From: Chiloscyllium plagiosum
Taxonomy: Eukaryota
DNA length: 55,841 nt
NCBI RefSeq assembly: GCF_004010195.1
Contig: NC_057753.1
Location: 11,948,330-12,004,170 of the forward strand
Reading direction: 5' to 3'
The notes under the pieces were generated by a model, which saw nothing but the letters and a program-made list of their open reading frames with translations, did not search any database and was not told the DNA's origin. Of this stretch, positions 11,835-23,224 are shown piece after piece. The stretch's first letter is position 1, and each line of letters starts with the position of its first letter. Both the position numbers and the translations under genes were made by a program.

Positions 11835-14150
11835 TCGAGCTGTGCAGCACGGGAACAGACCCTTTGCTCCAATTCATCCCTAACCCCAAACGAAATGAGT
11901 CCCATTTGCCTGCGTTTGGCCCGCATTCCTCTAAACCTTTCCTATTCACATACCTGTCCAAATGTCATAGAGTCATAGAGATGTATAGCACGGAAACAGA
12001 CCCTTCGGTCCAACATGTCCATGCCGACCCAGATATCCCAACCCAATCTAGTCCCCCTGCCAGCACCCAGCCCATATCCCTCCAAACCCTTCCTATTCAT
12101 ATACCCCTCCAGATGCCTCTTAAATGTTGCAATTGTACCAGCCTCCACCACATCCTCTGGCAGCTCATTCCATACACGTACCACCCTCTGTGTGAAAAAG
12201 TTGCCCCGTAGGTCCCTTTTATATCTTTCCCCACTCACCCTAAACCTATGCCCCTCTAGTTCTGGATTCCCCGACCCCCGGGGAAAAGACCTTGTCTATT
12301 TACCCCTATCCATGTCCCTCATAATTTTGTAACCCTCTAGAAGGTCACCCCTCAGCCTCCGACGCTCCAGGGAAAACAGCCCCAGCCTGTTCAGCCTCTC
12401 CCTGTAGCCCAAACCCTCCAACCCTGGCAACATCCTTGTCAATCTTTTCTGAACCCTTTCAAGTTTCACAGCATCTTTCCGATAGGAAGGAGACCAGAAT
12501 TGCATGTAGTATTTCAACAGTGGCCTAACCAATGTCCTGTACAGCCGCAACATGACCTCCCAACTCCTGTACTCAATACTCTGACCAATAAAGGAAAGCA
12601 TACCAAACGCCGCCTTCACTATCCTATCTACCTGCGACTCCACTGCTGTAACTGCACCTGCATCCATCACTTCCTCTGGCAGTTCATTCCACACACTGCA
12701 TGAAAACGTTGCCCCTCAGTTCCCTTTTAAATATTTCTCATCTTAAAACTATGCCCCTTAGTATTGAAGTGCCTGCACTGTAGGGGAAAGACTGTGTCTG
12801 TTCACCCTATCCATACCCACCCCCACGATCATATAAACCTCTATAAAATCACCCCTCGCCACTCCAGTGGAAAAAAAAAGGCCCGGCCTCTCCTTATACC
12901 TCAAAACCTCCAGTCCCAATGGCATCCTGGTAAATCTTTTCTGAGCCCTCTCCAATTTATTAATAACCTTCCCATAGCAAGGTGACCAGAACACACTGAA
13001 CTTACCGATGACAAAAGCTGTCACTGAACTGTCTGAACCTGCACAGGTCACGTCAAACGCTGAGACAATTGGTCTCTCTCACACCGTCCCCGGGACAGCG
13101 AGTTAACATTCCCAGTGAAAACATGGTGGTCTTGACGCTCTGGTGTTGTCGAGGATTCAGGACCCCTCTTGTTTTCTCCGTCATCTGGGAGCTGTTGACT
13201 TCCTCCCCGTTCCCACAGAGCAAGTCCTCTGTTCTCAGCTCTGTTGGGTCCTTTCCCAGTGTTCAGATCGAGAATACGTTCTGCGAATAAAGCAACAAGC
13301 CACAATTTCCTCCTTGACATCTGCCAACCATTGTAACCCAGAGAGTAACCGTAAAGTTGCATATCATGGAAACAGACCCTTTGGTTCAACTCGTCCAGAC
13401 CGACCAGATCTCCCAAATTAATCCAGTCCCATTTGCCAGCATGTGGCTTACATCCCTCTAAACCCTTCCTATTCATGTGCCCATCCAGATGCCTTTTCAA
13501 TGTTGTATTTGTACCAGTTTCCACCACCATCTCTGGCAGCTCATTCCATACATGCACCATTCTCTGTGTGAAAAACGTCCCCCTCTAAATCTTTCCCCTC
13601 TCACTGTAAACCTATGCCCTCTACTTTTGAACTCCCCTCACCCCAGGGACAAAGACCTTTCCTATTCACCCTATCCTTGCCTCTTCAATGATTTTTTCAA
13701 CCTCTGTAAGGTGTCATCCTCTGACGCTCCAGGGAAAACAGCCCCAGCCTCTCCCTATAAGTTCAAACCCTTCAATCCTGGCAACATCCTTGTAAATCTT
13801 TTCTGCACCCTTTCAAGTTTCATAATGTAGCAGGGAGACGAGAATTGAATGCAGTATTCCAAAAGTGGCATCGCCAATATCCTGTACAGCCGCAACATGA
13901 CCTCCCATCTCCTATGCTCAATGCTCTGACTAATAAAGGGAAGCATACCAAATGCTTTCTTCACTATCCTGTCTACCAGTCACTCCACATTCAAGGACAT
14001 ATGAACCTGCGCTCCAAGGTCTCTTTGTTCAACAACACTACACAGGACCTTATCATGAGGTGTATAAGTCCTGCCCTGATTTGCCTTACTAAAATGCACA
14101 TTTATCTAAATTAAACTCCATCTGCCACTCCTCAGCCCATCTGATCAAGG
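11835..14150 (-). mobile_element. CR1/HER1-type LINE fragments, interrupted by unique sequence at 13000-13340
   Basis: ORF fragments such as [41 protein letters not shown] and FFTQRVVRVWNELP. Confidence 0.9.
13048..13280 (-). CDS. Candidate coding exon 2 of a predicted two-exon 136-aa ORF
   Basis: Acceptor TTGCTTTATTCGCAG| at 13281; only the phase-1 frame is open, to TGA at 13048; downstream donor CG|GTAAGT at 13005. Confidence 0.4.
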
Positions 14151-14279
14151 TCTCACAACAGAAATAAGAGAAACAATAAAGTTATTGATACGTACGCAGC
14201 CATAGTATTCGATGTTTATGTATTTGTTCAAAAGCCTGAGAAAATAGATTGCCCCCAGGATTCTTATTTCGTTATTACA

Positions 14280-15190
14280 GCCTTGGTTCAAACATGGACA
14301 AAAAAACATGAACTCCAGCGGTGAGATGAGGGCGAATCAGGAGACCAACTCTCCTCTGATTAGAGGTATCTTTAACACAAAGGAAGGTGGCGGTGATTGT
14401 TAGAGGTCAGTCATCTCAGCTCCAGTGCACCTCTGGCTGGTGTTCCTCAGGGTTGTGTCCAATGCCCAACCGTCTTCAGCTGCTTCATCAATTACCTTCC
14501 TTCCATCAGAAGGTCAGAAGTGGGGGATGTTCGCCGATAATTGCACAATGTCCAGCACCATTCACCACTCCTCAGATACTGAAGCAGTCTGTGTCCAAAC
14601 GTAACAGGATCTGGACAATATCCGGACTTGGGCTGACGAGTGGAATGTAATATTTGTGCCACGCAAATGCCAAGGGACGCCCGTCACCAACAAGATCACT
14701 GCTTGATGTTCCAATGATGTTGTGATTGTTTATTTTGTCTTTATTCTGGGAGGGATGGAGGGAGGGGGTTGGGGGTGGGTGGTTATCATTCCCCAGAAAC
14801 TGGACTAGCCACAAAATGCAGTGGCTACACACAGGAGGAGGTCAGAGGCTAGGAATCCTCGTATCAAGTCTCCTGCTTTCCAAAAGGAGGGAATATGGAT
14901 GAAGGGCGGGCAGAAGGGCTTAGGTCAATTCGGCCTCATAACTGGCACAACTTGATTGTGCTTTTTGAGGAAGTAACCAAGAAGATCGATGAGGGCAGAG
15001 TGGTAGACATTGTTTACTTGGGCTTAAGTAAAGCCTTTGACAAGATTCTGCATGGCAGACTAATTAGTAAAGTTAGATCACATGGGATTCAGGGAGAGAT
15101 CACCAATTGGATACAAAATTGGCTTAATGGCAGGAGACGGAGGGCGGGGTGGAGGAAAATTATTTTTCAGACTGGAAGCCTGTGACCAGG
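14280..15190 (+). mobile_element. Degenerate LINE reverse-transcriptase fragments
   Basis: GVPQG/SCFIN/MFADNCT-like segment and FEEVTKKIDEGRVVDIVYLGLSKAFDK. Confidence 0.75.
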
Positions 15191-15317
15191 AATCAGTGCT
15201 AGCTGAAAGGTGAAAGATCGCATTTTCAAATAAACCTCTTGGACCATGACCTGGTGTAATGTGATTTTTGACCCTGGTTTCTCTGCAGGGATGCTGCCAG
15301 ACCTCCTGAGCTTTTTT

Positions 15318-15601
15318 GATTAGATTACTTACAGTGTGGAAACAGGCCCTTCGGCCCAACAAGTCCACCCAGACCCATACTCCTACATTTACCCCTTCAC
15401 CTAACACTATTGACAATTTAGTGTGGTCAATTCACCTAACCTGCACGTTTTTGGATTGTGGGAGGAAACCGGAGCACCCGGAGGAAACCCACGCAGACAC
15501 GGGGGAGAATGTGCAAACTCCACACAGAGAGTCGCCTGAGGCAGGAATTGAACCCGGGTCTCTGGCGCTGTGAGGCAGCAGTGCTAACCACTGTGCCGCC
15601 C
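15318..15601 (-). mobile_element. HE1 V-SINE
   Basis: A/B boxes, V core and tail. Confidence 0.9.
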
Positions 15602-15949
15602 TTTTCCAGCAATTTCTGCTTTGAAAGACAATAGGTGCAGGAGTAGGCCATTCTGCCCTTCGAGCCTGCACCACCATTCATTATGATCATCCTCAATCAG
15701 TATCCTGTTCCTGCCTTATACCCATAACCCTTGATTCCACTCTCCTTGAGAGCTCTATCCACTGTTTCAGAATGATGTAAAGGTGGGCTGTGATTTTTTG
15801 GTAGCTGCATCAGTCAAGTCAATCGTTTTATACCTTGTCCCCATTGCAACTCATTTTGAAATTCAATAATATTGCCAGCTCATATGGGTGGGTGCAGTGA
15901 CCCCAACGTTGCCCAGATCATGGAACACACTATCCATTATGTAGCACAC

Positions 15950-16330
15950 CCCCTTCTGCGCATGCGTCGTCAGCTCAGAGAAAGGGGTGGGGGGGAAGAG
16001 ATCTACTTTTACGGACATGCGCTGTGAGGGGGGTTCCAAACGGCGCATGCGCATTATCGGGCACTGCGGGTTCAGGAGGCTCACGCATTTCAGCTCCGCG
16101 CCTGGAGGAGGAGCGTGGACGGCTGTCGGAAAGTAACGGAGGTGAGGGGAGGGGAGGGAAGGAGGTTGTAGGAGCCCGCAGCGGAGGTTTCAGGCCCCGA
16201 ATAAGCGGCTCCCGGGGCCTCCGTCGGCGCAGAGCGAGCACCAGCGGGGCAACGGCAGCCATCTTTGTAGGGGGCAGCGGGCAGCAGGGCGCATGCGCCG
16301 CCCCGCCCCGCCTTCAGACGGGAGCATGTT
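15950..16330. promoter_or_regulatory. CpG-island promoter with three NRF1-type GCGCATGCG motifs; overlapping plus- and minus-strand first exons
   Basis: GCGCATGCG at about 15958, 16043 and 16289; + donor GAG|GTGAGG at 16142; - donor TGC|GTGAGC at 16084; YY1/Kozak-like AAGATGGC on the minus strand. Confidence 0.75.
16085..16262 (-). CDS. Candidate coding exon 1 (MAAVAPLVLALRRRRPRE...RRGAEM) of a predicted 136-aa ORF
   Basis: AAGATGG Kozak context just downstream of an NRF1 motif; 178 nt to a phase-1 GTGAG donor. Confidence 0.4.
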
Positions 16331-16650
16331 TTGGTGCACCCTTGAGTGTCACCAAAGTTGAGTTGTCTTGAACTGCACCCAAAGTTTGCTGCTCCCTTGA
16401 TGTGAAGTTCATCTAGCCTTACAGAGCCATGCTAACTGAATTGCTTGAATAAATGGAGAGCTTTTCAGTTATGTCTGTAGTCTTAATCAACGTTTACCAC
16501 TTCAATTACTAATGATCTCAAGTGCAAATACTGTCACTTATGCTTTTCATTGAATTTATGAGTTTTAGTTCACAATGGAAGTCTTCTATTTGTAGCACCT
16601 GACCACATCTCCTACGTCAACGTCTCTCATGTATAGCACTAGTTTTGAAG

Positions 16651-17180
16651 TTCAAAGTTTGGGAGAAGATTTGTAGCTCGGGTGCTCGTTGCTGTGGTTC
16701 TGTTCGCCGAGCTGGGAATTTGTGTTGCAGACGTTTCGTCCCCTGTCTAGGAGACATCCTCAGTGCTTGGGAGCCTCCTGTGAAGCGCTTCTGTGATCTT
16801 TCCTCCGGCATTTGTAGTGGTTTGAATCTGCCGCTTCCGGTTGTCAGTTCCAGCTGTCCGCTGCAGTGGTCGGTGTATTGGGTCCAGGTCGATGTGCTTA
16901 TTGATCGAGTCTATGGATCAGCCAGGGAATTCCTAGAGGCAATGGCACTCATCCACAGATTCAATCAATAAGCACATCGACCTGGACCCAATATACCGAC
17001 CACTGCAACGGACAGCTGGAACTGACAACCGGAAGTGGCAGAGACAAACCACTATAAATGCCGGAGGAAAGGTCACAGAAGCGCTTCACAGGAGGCTCCC
17101 CAAGCACTGAGGATGTCACCTAGACAGGGGACGAAACGTCTGCAACACAAATTCCCAGCTCGGCGAACAGAACCACAGCA
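16651..17180. mobile_element. Fold-back Penelope-like element with ~218-bp inverted arms, 13-bp TSD and a hammerhead motif on each strand
   Basis: TSD ACTAGTTTTGAAG at 16638-16650 and 17181-17193; arms 16688-16905 and 16964-17182; loop encodes an AREFLEA.../SINKHIDLDPIY GIY-YIG C-terminal-like peptide. Confidence 0.85.
17104..17143 (+). ncRNA. Minimal hammerhead ribozyme motif (family 2); mirror copy at 16726-16766 (-)
   Basis: CUGAGGA-U-GUCACCU(AGAC)AGGGGAC-GAAA-CGUC, stem I GCA/UGC; the mirror copy has the fully pairing stem GUCUCCU/AGGGGAC. Confidence 0.72.
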
Positions 17181-17906
17181 ACTAGTTTTGAAGGGCACCA
17201 TTCACTGCTGCTATGTAAGATTCTTTTAGCAAGATCCCACAACTGACTCGAGTTAAACAACCACTTGATCTGTTTTTGGTAGTTATGAGTGGAAGAAATG
17301 TTGATCAGAATATAAGAAAAACACTCACCTCCCCTTTTTAGTGTTACGATCATTTTCTAAAGTACATTGAGCAAATGGAATTGGACGTTCATTGTAGTAT
17401 CTAATCAGAAAAACACTTGATTAGTCAAGCCCTTTCACATGTGTACTGTTACCGTTCCAGCCTACTTAAACGAGAGTATGGTTGTTAGAATCATCCCTGG
17501 GAATGTTGGTTCAGTTGGAAAGTTGGGAAATTCCTCTCCCACTCTTCCCTCTGCTCTCCCCCCCCCCCGCCCCCACAAGGAGGCCCATTTAGACCCAGAA
17601 CTGGGTCCCTGAAAGGGAATTAGTGAAGCAGTTGGGATTTTGGTATTAACGAATAAAATAAAAACACTGCAGATGTTGTAAACCTGAAACAGAAATTGCT
17701 GGAGAAGCTCTCAAGAGGTCTAGCAGCATCCTTGGGAGAGAAGGCAGGGTTAAAGTTGGACATTCAGAAGCGTTTGTTTGTGACATTCCAGCAGCTTTCA
17801 CGTCAACCTTTTCTTTCGCTGCTTCCTACAAATTCTGAGTCGTTCAGCTCAGATTCACTCTTCATTCCTTGTTTCATTTTTATTTGTTTCAAGTCAGTTT
17901 TACCAG

Positions 17907-19311
17907 GGGCTTGGAAAAGAGAGGGGATCTCAAACCGCCACGTTAGGATCGGACCGGGCCGCTGAATTTTATCACGACCTGCACACCCTCGGACTTTGAA
18001 CATGGAAGGGAAAAGGAGCGTCCATGGCGGAGAGAAACTGCACGTGTGTTTCCGTGTGCGGTCACTCAGATGGTCATCTGGCCTCTTGGAGCACGCGTGC
18101 AGCGGCGTCGGTGGGGGAGAAGCTGTGGCAACGCGGGGACTGCCAGGAGGGGTTCACTTACCTGTCTGAGCTGGAAGGTCACCCACGGGGTCACGCCCAG
18201 CAAAGGCCCTTCGTCCGCTCCGCCTGTGGGAAGGGATTCTCTCAGTCGTCCACGCTGCTGACTCACCAGAGGGTTCACTCCGATGAGAGACCTGGTCTGC
18301 GGGATGGCCTTCAAAATTCCCTGGGAGCTGACGCGTCACCATCGCGTCCACGCCGATGAGAGTGCTCTCGGTGCAGGCCCGGCTTCCGGCGATCTCCGGC
18401 CTCATGGTCCACCAGCGGCTGCACACGGAGGGGGAGAGGCCATTCACCTGCGCCGCGTGCTGGAAGTGCTTCAGGGGCAGCACGGTGGCTCAGTGGTTAG
18501 CACTGATGCCTCACAGCACCAGGTTCCTAGGTTCAATTCCCGCCTCAGGCGACTTGACTGTGTGGAGTTTACACATTCTCCCCGTGTCTGCGTGGGTTTC
18601 CTCCGGGTGCTCCGGTTTTCCTCCCACAGTCCAAAGATGTGCAGGTCAGGTGAATTGGCCACGCTAAGTTGCCCGTAGTATTAGGTGCATTAGTCAGGGT
18701 AAATATAGGCTAGAGAAATGGGTCTGGGTGGGTTACTCTTCGGAGGGTCGGTGTGGACTTGTTGGGCCAAAGGGCCTGTTTCCGTACTGTAGAGAATCTA
18801 ATCATTCAGTCGTGCCACCTCGGGAGGCCCTTCGGACAGAAGGCCCTTCGCGTGCCTGGAGTGCGGGCAGCACTTCAACAGCTCGGGGGACCTGATGTCC
18901 CTGCAGCGGGTCCACTCCGACGCCAGGCCTTTAGGCTGCCCGGTCTGCGGGAAGGGCTTCAAAGACTCCCGAGATCTGACACGCCACCAACACGTGCGCA
19001 CACAGACGAGAAACCTCTAAAGTGCTCTGACTGCGGCGCGGGCTTCAAATGGGCGTCCGACCTGGTGGCCCACCAGCGGATTCGCCTGCCCCTGAGCGCG
19101 GGAAGGGCTTCACCACCAAGTCCAACCTGCGGAAACACCAGTGGGTCCACACTGGCGAGAGGCCGTTCGCCTGCTCCGAGTGTGGCAAGGAGTGCACCGC
19201 CTTAGCTGCCCTGCTGGCCCACCGGTGGGTCCACACCAGGGAGAGGCCGTTCCCCTGATCCATCTGCGGGAGGCGGGTCACTTCTTCCGGCACCAGCGTC
19301 TTCACAAGTGA
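17907..19311 (+). pseudogene. Tandem C2H2 ZNF pseudogene (frameshifts, lost Cys/His, HE1 insertion)
   Basis: Finger remnants in shifting frames ([33 protein letters not shown]); paralogous acceptor TACCAG| at 17906; AATAAA near 19396. Confidence 0.85.
18475..18803 (+). mobile_element. HE1 V-SINE inserted within a zinc finger
   Basis: A/B boxes; interrupts CAACWKCF; short TTCAG duplication. Confidence 0.9.
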
Positions 19312-20439
19312 CAGTGGGGGTGGGTTGGATTTTTGCTGTTATCCCGCAACCAGAATGTGACCGTGTACATCAGGGGGTCTGTTTCTGCTGATGTTAATAA
19401 ACCCCAGCCCAGAGAGAGGTCATAGAGGTGGAGCACCTGGAGGAAACCCATTCAGACATGAGCAGAACATGCAAACTCCACACACATACATTCACAGAGA
19501 TGTACAGCACGGACACAGGCCCTTCGGTCCAACTTGTCCATGCTGACCAGATATCCTGAACTGATCTCGTCCCATTTGCCAGCACTTGGCCCGTGTCCCA
19601 CTAAACCCTTCCTATTCACCTACTCATCCATGTCAATACTTGGGATCAAAGTCATATTAATCAGCCTCGTGTTAAACACAGCAATCTTTTGAACCATTTC
19701 ATCTGCTTGCCCTTATCGATCAGTGCGTTAAGTAGAGGAGTTGGGAGGTCATATACAGGACATTGGTTAGGCCACTTTTGGAATACTGCATTCAATTCTG
19801 GACTCCCTGCTGCAGGAATGATGTTGTTAAACTTGAAAGGGTGTAGAAAAGATGTTGCCGGCGTTGGAGGGATTGAGCGACAGGATTGTAGAGCGCAGAA
19901 ACAGACCCTTCGGTCTAACTAGTCCGTGCCAACTGGACATCCTGAATTAACCTAGTCCCATTTGCCTGCATTTGTCCACATGCCTCTAAACCCTTCCTAT
20001 TCAAGTACCCATCCAGGGGAGAGGCTGGGGCTGTTTTCCCTGGAGTGTTGGAGGCTGAGGGTTGACCTTATAGATGATTACAAATCGTAAGGGTCATGGA
20101 TAGGGTGAATAGTTGAAGTCTTTTCTCTGCAGGAGCTGAGTCCAAAACTAGAGGGTATAGGTTTAAGATGAGAAGGGAAAGATGCAAAAGGGACCTGAGG
20201 GGAAACTTTTTTACTTAGGGTGGTGTGTGTGTGGAATGAGCTGCCAGAGGAAGTGGTGGAGGCTGGTACAATGACAGCATTTAAAAGGTGGATGGGGGCA
20301 GGGATTGGAAGGGTTTAGAAAGATATGGGCCAAGTGCTGGCAAATGGGACGAGATTAATTTGGGATATCTAGTCAGCATGGATGTCTTGGACCTAAATGT
20401 CTGACTCTGTGCTGAACGTCTCTATAATTGCAATTTATT

Positions 20440-20949
20440 TATTTTTTCTTTTAGATGATAAATGCTAACCCAGCAATGACCATATTCCGTGAATGATAAA
20501 CAAAATACTGTTTCACCTTAACTTTGCTCATAATGACAATATGCTTAACATTGTGAGTTTCACTTTTATTTATTTTTTATTAGCACTCCTCTTGTTTTTT
20601 TTATTAACCCCCACACTACCGCCTAACTGCGATAGTGCTTATTTTTTCCCCAGCACCCATGGTGTGTGTGTGTGTGTGCAGGTGTGAGACACAAACTGCA
20701 CGAATCTTTATTCAAATTCCACCACCAGGAAGATAGGAAAACACCCGGGTGGCCAGGGTGCCCTTCACATCAAAGGGCAGTGCTGTGTGATCAAAACAGT
20801 GAAGGGGAGGGGAAGGACTAAATCAAAATAGAGTTGGAGGGAGAAATGATGCACTCCACTCCCTGCGGTGCCCACCTCTCCCTGAACAACTCCAGGGTGT
20901 TGGTCGACACCACGTGCTCCTTCTCCAAGGACACCCGGGCTCTAACGTA
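20440..20949 (-). mobile_element. 5'-truncated Tx1/L1-clade LINE 3' end with 16-bp TSD
   Basis: Minus strand reads YVRARVSLEKEHVVSTNTLELFRERWAPQGVECII...*; A-rich tails; TSD ATAA(T/C)TGCAATTTATT at 20424-20439 and 20950-20965. Confidence 0.7.
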
Positions 20950-21879
20950 ATAACTGCAATTTATTGAAATTGAAGTCGTTAGGTGAATCAATGGCTAATT
21001 TAAAAAGAAAATGTTTGGTAAAGCTTGTTAAATAAGTCTTTTTTTTGGAGAGTTTGTGACACTGCAATTTTGCAACATGACAAACTTGTGTTAAATTCAT
21101 CAATCTATAACCCCAGCAGAGTTGAAATATATTTGGAATAAATGATGGGTACGTAAGTTGTGACAAAAAGAATGTGACTTTTTATATATATATATACTAA
21201 TATGTATATATTAGTATTATGTTTGGATTTTTGGACTGGGTGGTGAATGTTTTTTGTGTGGGATTTAGAGAAAAACAAGATTAGAGGGTGTCCTGATGTT
21301 AATAAACCCCACCCAGAGAGAGGTCATGGGGGGGGGGGAAGCACCTGGAGGAAACCCACGCAGACACGGGAGGGGGGGGAGAACATGCAAACTTAATTTA
21401 GTGTGAGTCAGAGAGCAAACCCCCTGGAATGTTAATGGAAAATTGTTTGAGACTGTGGGGGAGTAAGAATTGAAAGGCACCGGTTTGCTTTTGATTTGGA
21501 ACAACTAAGGTTTGATTTTAAAGTTGGAAATATCATGAAAATGGGAAAAAAAAAGGGTCAGTTTTGAAGCGGACCCAAATGGGGTCAGAAGCAAATGTAA
21601 TTTCTCTCAAATATACAAGCATATGACAGTTTGCGGAAAGCACAGTTATGGTGGTATGAAGCTCCAGACCAGGAGTGTTTTGATGATTAATTGTCATTTT
21701 ATTTAAAGTCTGACAAAGTCTAAGCTTTCAGTTTTGTGAGGATTTATGATTCACGGGACAGAAACAGACAAATTGATCTTGAAGATTTGATATAGAATAG
21801 ATATTTCTCTGAATTTGAATCACTGGGAGGTGATGGCATTGGGGAATAGATGAGACTTTGTTTACCTGTGTGTTTTAGT

Positions 21880-22196
21880 GGGCGGCACGGTGGCACAGTG
21901 GTTAGCACTGGTGCCTCACAGCACCGGAGACCCGGGTTCAATTCCCGCCTCAGGCGACTGACTGTGTGGAGTTTGCACGTTCTCCCCGTGTCTGCGTGGG
22001 TTTCCTCCGGGTGCTCCGGTTTCATCCCACAGTCCGAAGATGTGCAGGGTCAGGTGAATTGGCCGTGCTAAATTGCCCGTGGTGTTAGGTAAGGGGTAAA
22101 TGTAGGGGTATGGGTGGGTTGCGCTTCGGCGGGTCGGTGTGGACTTGTTGGGCCGAAGGGCCTGTTTCCACACTGTAATGTAATCTAATCTAATCT
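21880..22196 (+). mobile_element. HE1 V-SINE, full length
   Basis: A/B boxes, V core, (TAATC)n tail. Confidence 0.9.
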
Positions 22197-22315
22197 TTTA
22201 AAGCATGTTTTACATTTAGATAACTAGGTTTGTTTCATTGTATTCGTTTTATATAATAAACTTCCGTTTTATTGTTGAAGAAAATCTACAGCCTTGTATG
22301 ATTATGTTTCAGTAA

Positions 22316-22513
22316 GTGCTGAAAATGTGTTGCTGGAAAAGCACAGCAGGTCAGGCAGCATCCAAGGAGCAGGAGAATCGACGTTTCGGGCATGAGCCCT
22401 TCTTCAGGAATGTCGATTCTCCTGCTCCCTGGATGCTGCCTGACCTGCTGCGCTTTTCCAGCAACACATTTTCAGCTCTGATCTCCAGCATCTGCAGTCC
22501 TCACTTTCCCCTC
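22316..22513. mobile_element. Short fold-back PLE-derived element with the hammerhead core in its loop; 13-bp TSD
   Basis: TSD TATGTTTCAGTAA at 22303-22315 and 22514-22526; ~65-bp inverted arms; family-1 hammerhead at about 22376-22412 (-). Confidence 0.85.
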
Positions 22514-23224
22514 TATGTTTCAGTAAATGATGACTGTGTTAAATAAAAGGAAAAATATATGATCCATAAAGCAGGACTTTATTCTGGGATCTGCATAATC
22601 CAATCATAATACAAGTTGCCACGGCAATTTAATGAGGCGGGGGGGGGGGGGGGGGTGGAAACAGATAAGTCACTAAACATTAAATTTTACTTATCCACCT
22701 TTTGAATAGTCAGACAGCACAGAAACAGACACTTCAGTCCAACCAGTCCATGCCGACCGTAATCCCAAACAAAACTAGTCCCATCTGCCTGCTCCTGGGC
22801 CATATCCCTCCAAACCTTTCCTATTCATGTATATATCCAAATATCTTTTAAACATTGTAACCATGCCCACACCCACCACTTCCTCAGGAAGCTCAGTTCA
22901 TATATGAACCACCCTCTGTTTAAAAAAAAGTTACCCCCTCATGTATTTCATAAATCCCTCTCCTCTCCTTAAAAATATGCTCCCTTGACTTGAAATTCCC
23001 CTACTGTAAAGAAAAGGCAGCTACCGTTAACTCTATCTGAACTCCTCATTATTTTATACACTTTTATAAGGTCACATCTCAACCTCCTGCGCTCCAGTGA
23101 AAAAGTCCCAGCCTAAACAGCCTTTCTTTCCAACTCAAACCTTACATACCCGGGTCCAGATGAGGTGGAAGACTCCCCACCCTGAAGGATATTATTGAAC
23201 TAGTTGGGTGAAAGAGTTAAGTGC

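Noticed and set aside
21880..21950. tRNA genes suggested by A and B boxes
   Set aside because: Each such head is followed by the V-SINE core and tail, so these are SINEs.
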